64,000 nt of DNA, from NCBI RefSeq assembly GCF_947568905.1, contig NC_079166.1, positions 13,888,001 through 13,952,000 on the forward strand, in the 5' to 3' direction. The notes under the pieces are model-generated. The model saw nothing but the letters and a program-made list of their open reading frames with translations, was not told the DNA's origin and ran no database searches. Below are positions 60,260 to 64,000 of the stretch, piece by piece. The position numbers and the translations under genes are program-made. Each line of letters opens with the position of its first letter. Position 1 is the stretch's first letter. This stretch comes from Ostrea edulis (taxonomy: Eukaryota).

Positions 60260-63200
60260 TTCTTTACATACGTGTTACCTTTAGAGCCTTGCTTCGCGGG
60301 CGGGCCTTCGGTATAATGAATATATCTATATTCACGGTATTGATTACGGAAACTATGAACAAGTCAATAAGAAGTCGTGGGGTAAGCATAGCTATCGAAC
60401 ATACTCCAAAGGATGATTTCATAGCGGACAGAGATGCAAGCATGATGTCTACGGGCCAAAGCCGAAAGGAAGTTCGCGGACAGAGGGATATGCTAGCAAG
60501 CCCCAAAAACATCGTCAGGTTGGGATCATGGAACGTAAGAACTATGTACTCCACTGGAAAAACCGCACAAGTAATAGCAGAAATGAAGAGATACCACCTA
60601 GATATACTTGGAATAAGCGAATGCAGATGGACAGATTCTGGAAAAATCAGAACCCAGACAGGTGAAACGATACTGTATTCTGGAAGGAAAGATAACCATC
60701 ACAGTAATGGAGTTGCTATTGCTATATCAAAGGAGAAAGCCAAGACATTATATGAATGGTCACCCATTAACGACCGCATCATAACTGCCAGGTTCTGGTC
60801 AAACTATATAAAAACAACATTGATACAAGTGTATGCACCTACCAATGATGCAGACGAGGAATCAAAAGATAATTTTTACGAACAACTACAGGGAGTCATA
60901 GACAACACTCCACGCCATGATATTATAATTCTAACTGGCGATATTAATGCAAAAGTAGGTAACAAACAGGAAGGAGAGGATGGAATTGTTGGAAAGTATG
61001 GTTTACACTCGGAAAGGAACGATAATGGAGAAAGATTTGCATCATTTTGTGCCATCAACAACTTGGCAATATCTACAACAATGTTTAAACATAAAGACAT
61101 ACACAAGCAGACATGGACTTCACCAAATGGTCAACACAAGAACCAGATAGGACCATGTAGCAGTGAATGGGCGCTTTAAAAGATCTGTATTGGATGTCAG
61201 AGCACAACGAGGTGCAGATGTCGGATCTGACCACAATTTAGTCATCACAAAAGTAATGCTTAAACTGCACAAAATAGGAAAGAAACCAACATCTTCAACA
61301 AGATTCGAGACATGCAAACTTAAGGTACCAGAAGTTCGGAAACAATTCCAAATAGAACTGAGGAATATATTTAATGCACTTAGTGAAGACAACACCATAG
61401 GTCCCAATCCTGATGATATAGAGGAAAGATGGAACAACATTTAAACTGCATATAATGAAACTGCCATAAACGTACTTGGGTATAGAAAAAGGAAAAACCA
61501 GGAATGGATAAGCCAGGGCAGTTGGAAAAAGGTAGAAGAGAGGCGAGTTCTAAAGGGCAAAGTAGAAAGTGCAAGATCAGAGAGATTAAGAGCTAGACTA
61601 AAAGAAAAGTATGGGGACAAAGACAAAGAGGTGAAAAGAAGTTTTAGAAAAGACAAACGACAATGGGTATACGACATGGCGAATGAGGCACGAGAGGCAG
61701 CAAACATCGGAAACATGAAAACTGTATATGATGTAACCAAATTTTTGTGCAACGAACGTCCAAAAACTGTTGAGGCAGTAAAAAACAAGGAAGGAAATCT
61801 CTTGACTAAAGAGGAAGATATAAGAAAAAGATGGATGGAACACTTCAGCGAAGTGTTAAATAGACCAGACCCTATTGATCCTTTCTGAAATACTAACAGG
61901 GGGGTCCATCGAATTAGACATAGAAACAGGTCCACCAACAGAAGATGAGATAAGGAGAGCATTGAAAGAAATGAAATTAGGCAAAGCCCCAGGTGTAGAT
62001 AACATCACTGTAGAAATATTGAAATCAGACATAGAAACAACTGTCAAGGAACTACACAAACTATACAACATTGTCTGGACAACTGGAAAAGCTCCCAAAG
62101 CTTGGAGAAGGGGACTTATAATAAAGTTAGCAAAGAAAGGTGACCTGACAAACTGTGGAAATTGGAGAGGAATCACACTAATAGCAACAACTGCCAAAAT
62201 AATGGGGAAAATAATAATAAAAAGAATTGTACTTGGTGTAGACAGACATTTGAGAATGGAACAAGCTGGATTCAGGGCAGGAAGAGGCACTACGGAACAG
62301 ATATTTGTCCTACGTAATATTCTAGAACAAGCTATAGAATGGAACTCCAACCTCTATCTATGCTTCGTCGATTTTGAAAAAGCCTTCGACAGCGTACACA
62401 GGGAAACCCTTTGGAAGATCATGAAATCTTATGGAATACCAGACGTAATAATCAGTATGGTTAAATTAATGTATGAAGACAGTGAATGCGCAGTTGTCGA
62501 TGGGAATGGTACAACAGAATGGTTTAATGTTAAATCTGGTGTCAAACAAGGATGCAACATGTCGGGTTTCTTGTTCCTCCTGGTAGTTGACTGGATAATG
62601 AAAAAGACAATAGCATATAACAACTCAGGCATAAGATGGAATATGACAACAAAATTAGACGATCTAGATTTTGCAGACGATATCGCTTTATTATCCAGCA
62701 GCAAAGATCAAATACAACAAAAACTGAACTCTCTAAACAGATATGCAGCTAGAACAGGTCTAAAAATCAATACAGGAAAAACCAAAGTTATGCGTCTAAA
62801 TGCTGCAAACATCACACCAATAACCATCAATGGGAACAACATAAACGATGTGGATGAGTTCATTTACCTAGGAGCAACAGTAAGCAAGACAGGAGGTACT
62901 AATGAAGATATAAGAAGAAGAATTGGTCATGCAAGAGTAGCATTCCATAAGCTACGCAAGATCTGGAGCAATAACCAACTCAACAGAAAAACAAAAATGA
63001 AGCTCTTCAGCTCAAATGTAATAGCTGTGTTATTGTATGGCAGTGAGACCTGGAAAATGACAAAAGGGGACGAAAAACTTGTAGATACCTTCCAGCACAA
63101 ATGTCTTAGGAAAATCTTAAAGATCTACTGGCCAATGAAAATATCAAATGTAGCAGTTAGAGAGATAGCAGGAGTAGCAAAGATCAGCACTATGATAAAA

Positions 63201-63465
63201 ACACGCAGATGGCAGTGGATTGGACATGTGCTACGGATGGATAAAAGAACACACCCATATGTAGCCCTTAGTTGGACACCAGAAGGAAAAAGAAAGAGAG
63301 GAAGACCGAAGGAAACGTGGAGAAGAACAATAGAAAGAGAGAGGAAAGAACTAGGTTTTGGGTCATGGACAGAGGCAGCAAGATCAGCCCAGGATAGAAG
63401 TAAATGGAGAGGACTTGTTCATGGCCCTATTCTCCACGAGGAGAGAAGGAATTAAGTCAAAGTCA
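60260..63465 (+). mobile_element. Near full-length RTE-clade LINE (APE + RT) with three lesions
   Basis: GSWNVRTM, GISECRW, QVYAPT, TGDINAKVG, SDH; RT KAPGVD, WRGITL, QAGFR, DFEKAFDS, GVKQGC, DFADD, YLG. +1 frameshift at ~61150, in-frame TAA at 61442, frameshift at ~61880. Confidence 0.93.
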
Positions 63466-63639
63466 CGGTATCACAGAATTCGGGCCCAAAACGGGCTTGG
63501 CCGCTGTGGGTAGATTGATTCGGTGTAGATAGGGTATTTGCAGTCCGTGTGACGTCCACGTTTGATATGACGTAGTGTAGTTTCATGTCATTTGGCCTTT
63601 CTGGTCGCCCCTTTTCGCGTCATAAGAGTTGATTGTATT

Positions 63640-64000
63640 GATTACACATAAATTGAATGAACAAGAAATGTTTGTAAAACATGTACATGTATGCACCCCG
63701 TGGTGCAAAATTGAAAAGGGTTATACGCATTTATCATTTATTGATAGTGCCAAAACAATCCTATATCGAGCAGACAATATCTTACTATGTCCAAAGTGGA
63801 TTGACCTTTGACCATGTGACCTAACAATTAATATAGGTCATCTACTCTTTAGGATGTACCAGTGTATCAAATTTGATGTCAATCAAGCAAATAATTTTTA
63901 AAATATTGGAGACAATATGTTACCATGTCCAGTTTGACCCTTGACTTTTGACTATGTAAACCCCATATTAATGGGAGTCATCTACTCTTTATGATGTACC
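63640..64000 (-). mobile_element. HINE-like element, cut by the window edge
   Basis: Reverse complement of the 38284-38845-type cores. Confidence 0.65.

Noticed and set aside
60264-62704. Minus-strand ORFs overlapping the RTE
   Set aside because: They are antisense shadows of the LINE coding sequence.
46379-64000. A third TIR-TMEM268 / Cys-rich module
   Set aside because: I found no TIR, TM or Cys-rich exons; the region reads as almost all repeats.

Overview
This is eukaryotic, AT-rich, repeat-dense DNA. Its repeat families (Helitron/HINE satellite-carrying elements, tRNA-SINEs, Penelope-like, RTE/RTE-X, L2, BEL, hAT) are typical of oysters (Ostreidae); that taxonomy is inferred, not proven. 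By hand I assembled two paralogous 8-exon genes on the + strand (1590-6297, 489 aa; 23901-46378, 479 aa). All introns are GT-AG, intron phases are identical between the two, and both frames stay open. Each encodes an N-terminal TIR domain fused to a 2-TM region that resembles TMEM268/DUF4481 (recognised from memory of the human sequence) and ends in IEV-COOH. Each TIR gene sits head-to-head with a minus-strand gene that starts with a phase-0 signal-peptide exon. The complete one (20451->9805, 657 aa) is a cysteine-rich, furin-like-repeat type-I membrane protein with a very short tail. The other (first exon 1135->1076) runs off the window. The best candidate new system is therefore a tandemly duplicated, divergently transcribed pair: an ectodomain-only receptor plus an ectodomain-less TIR-TMEM268 protein. 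The rest is TEs, including an intact-ended hAT with a 5-bp TSD, a near-intact RTE LINE and a truncated BEL LTR element. No prokaryotic features or CRISPR arrays are present.
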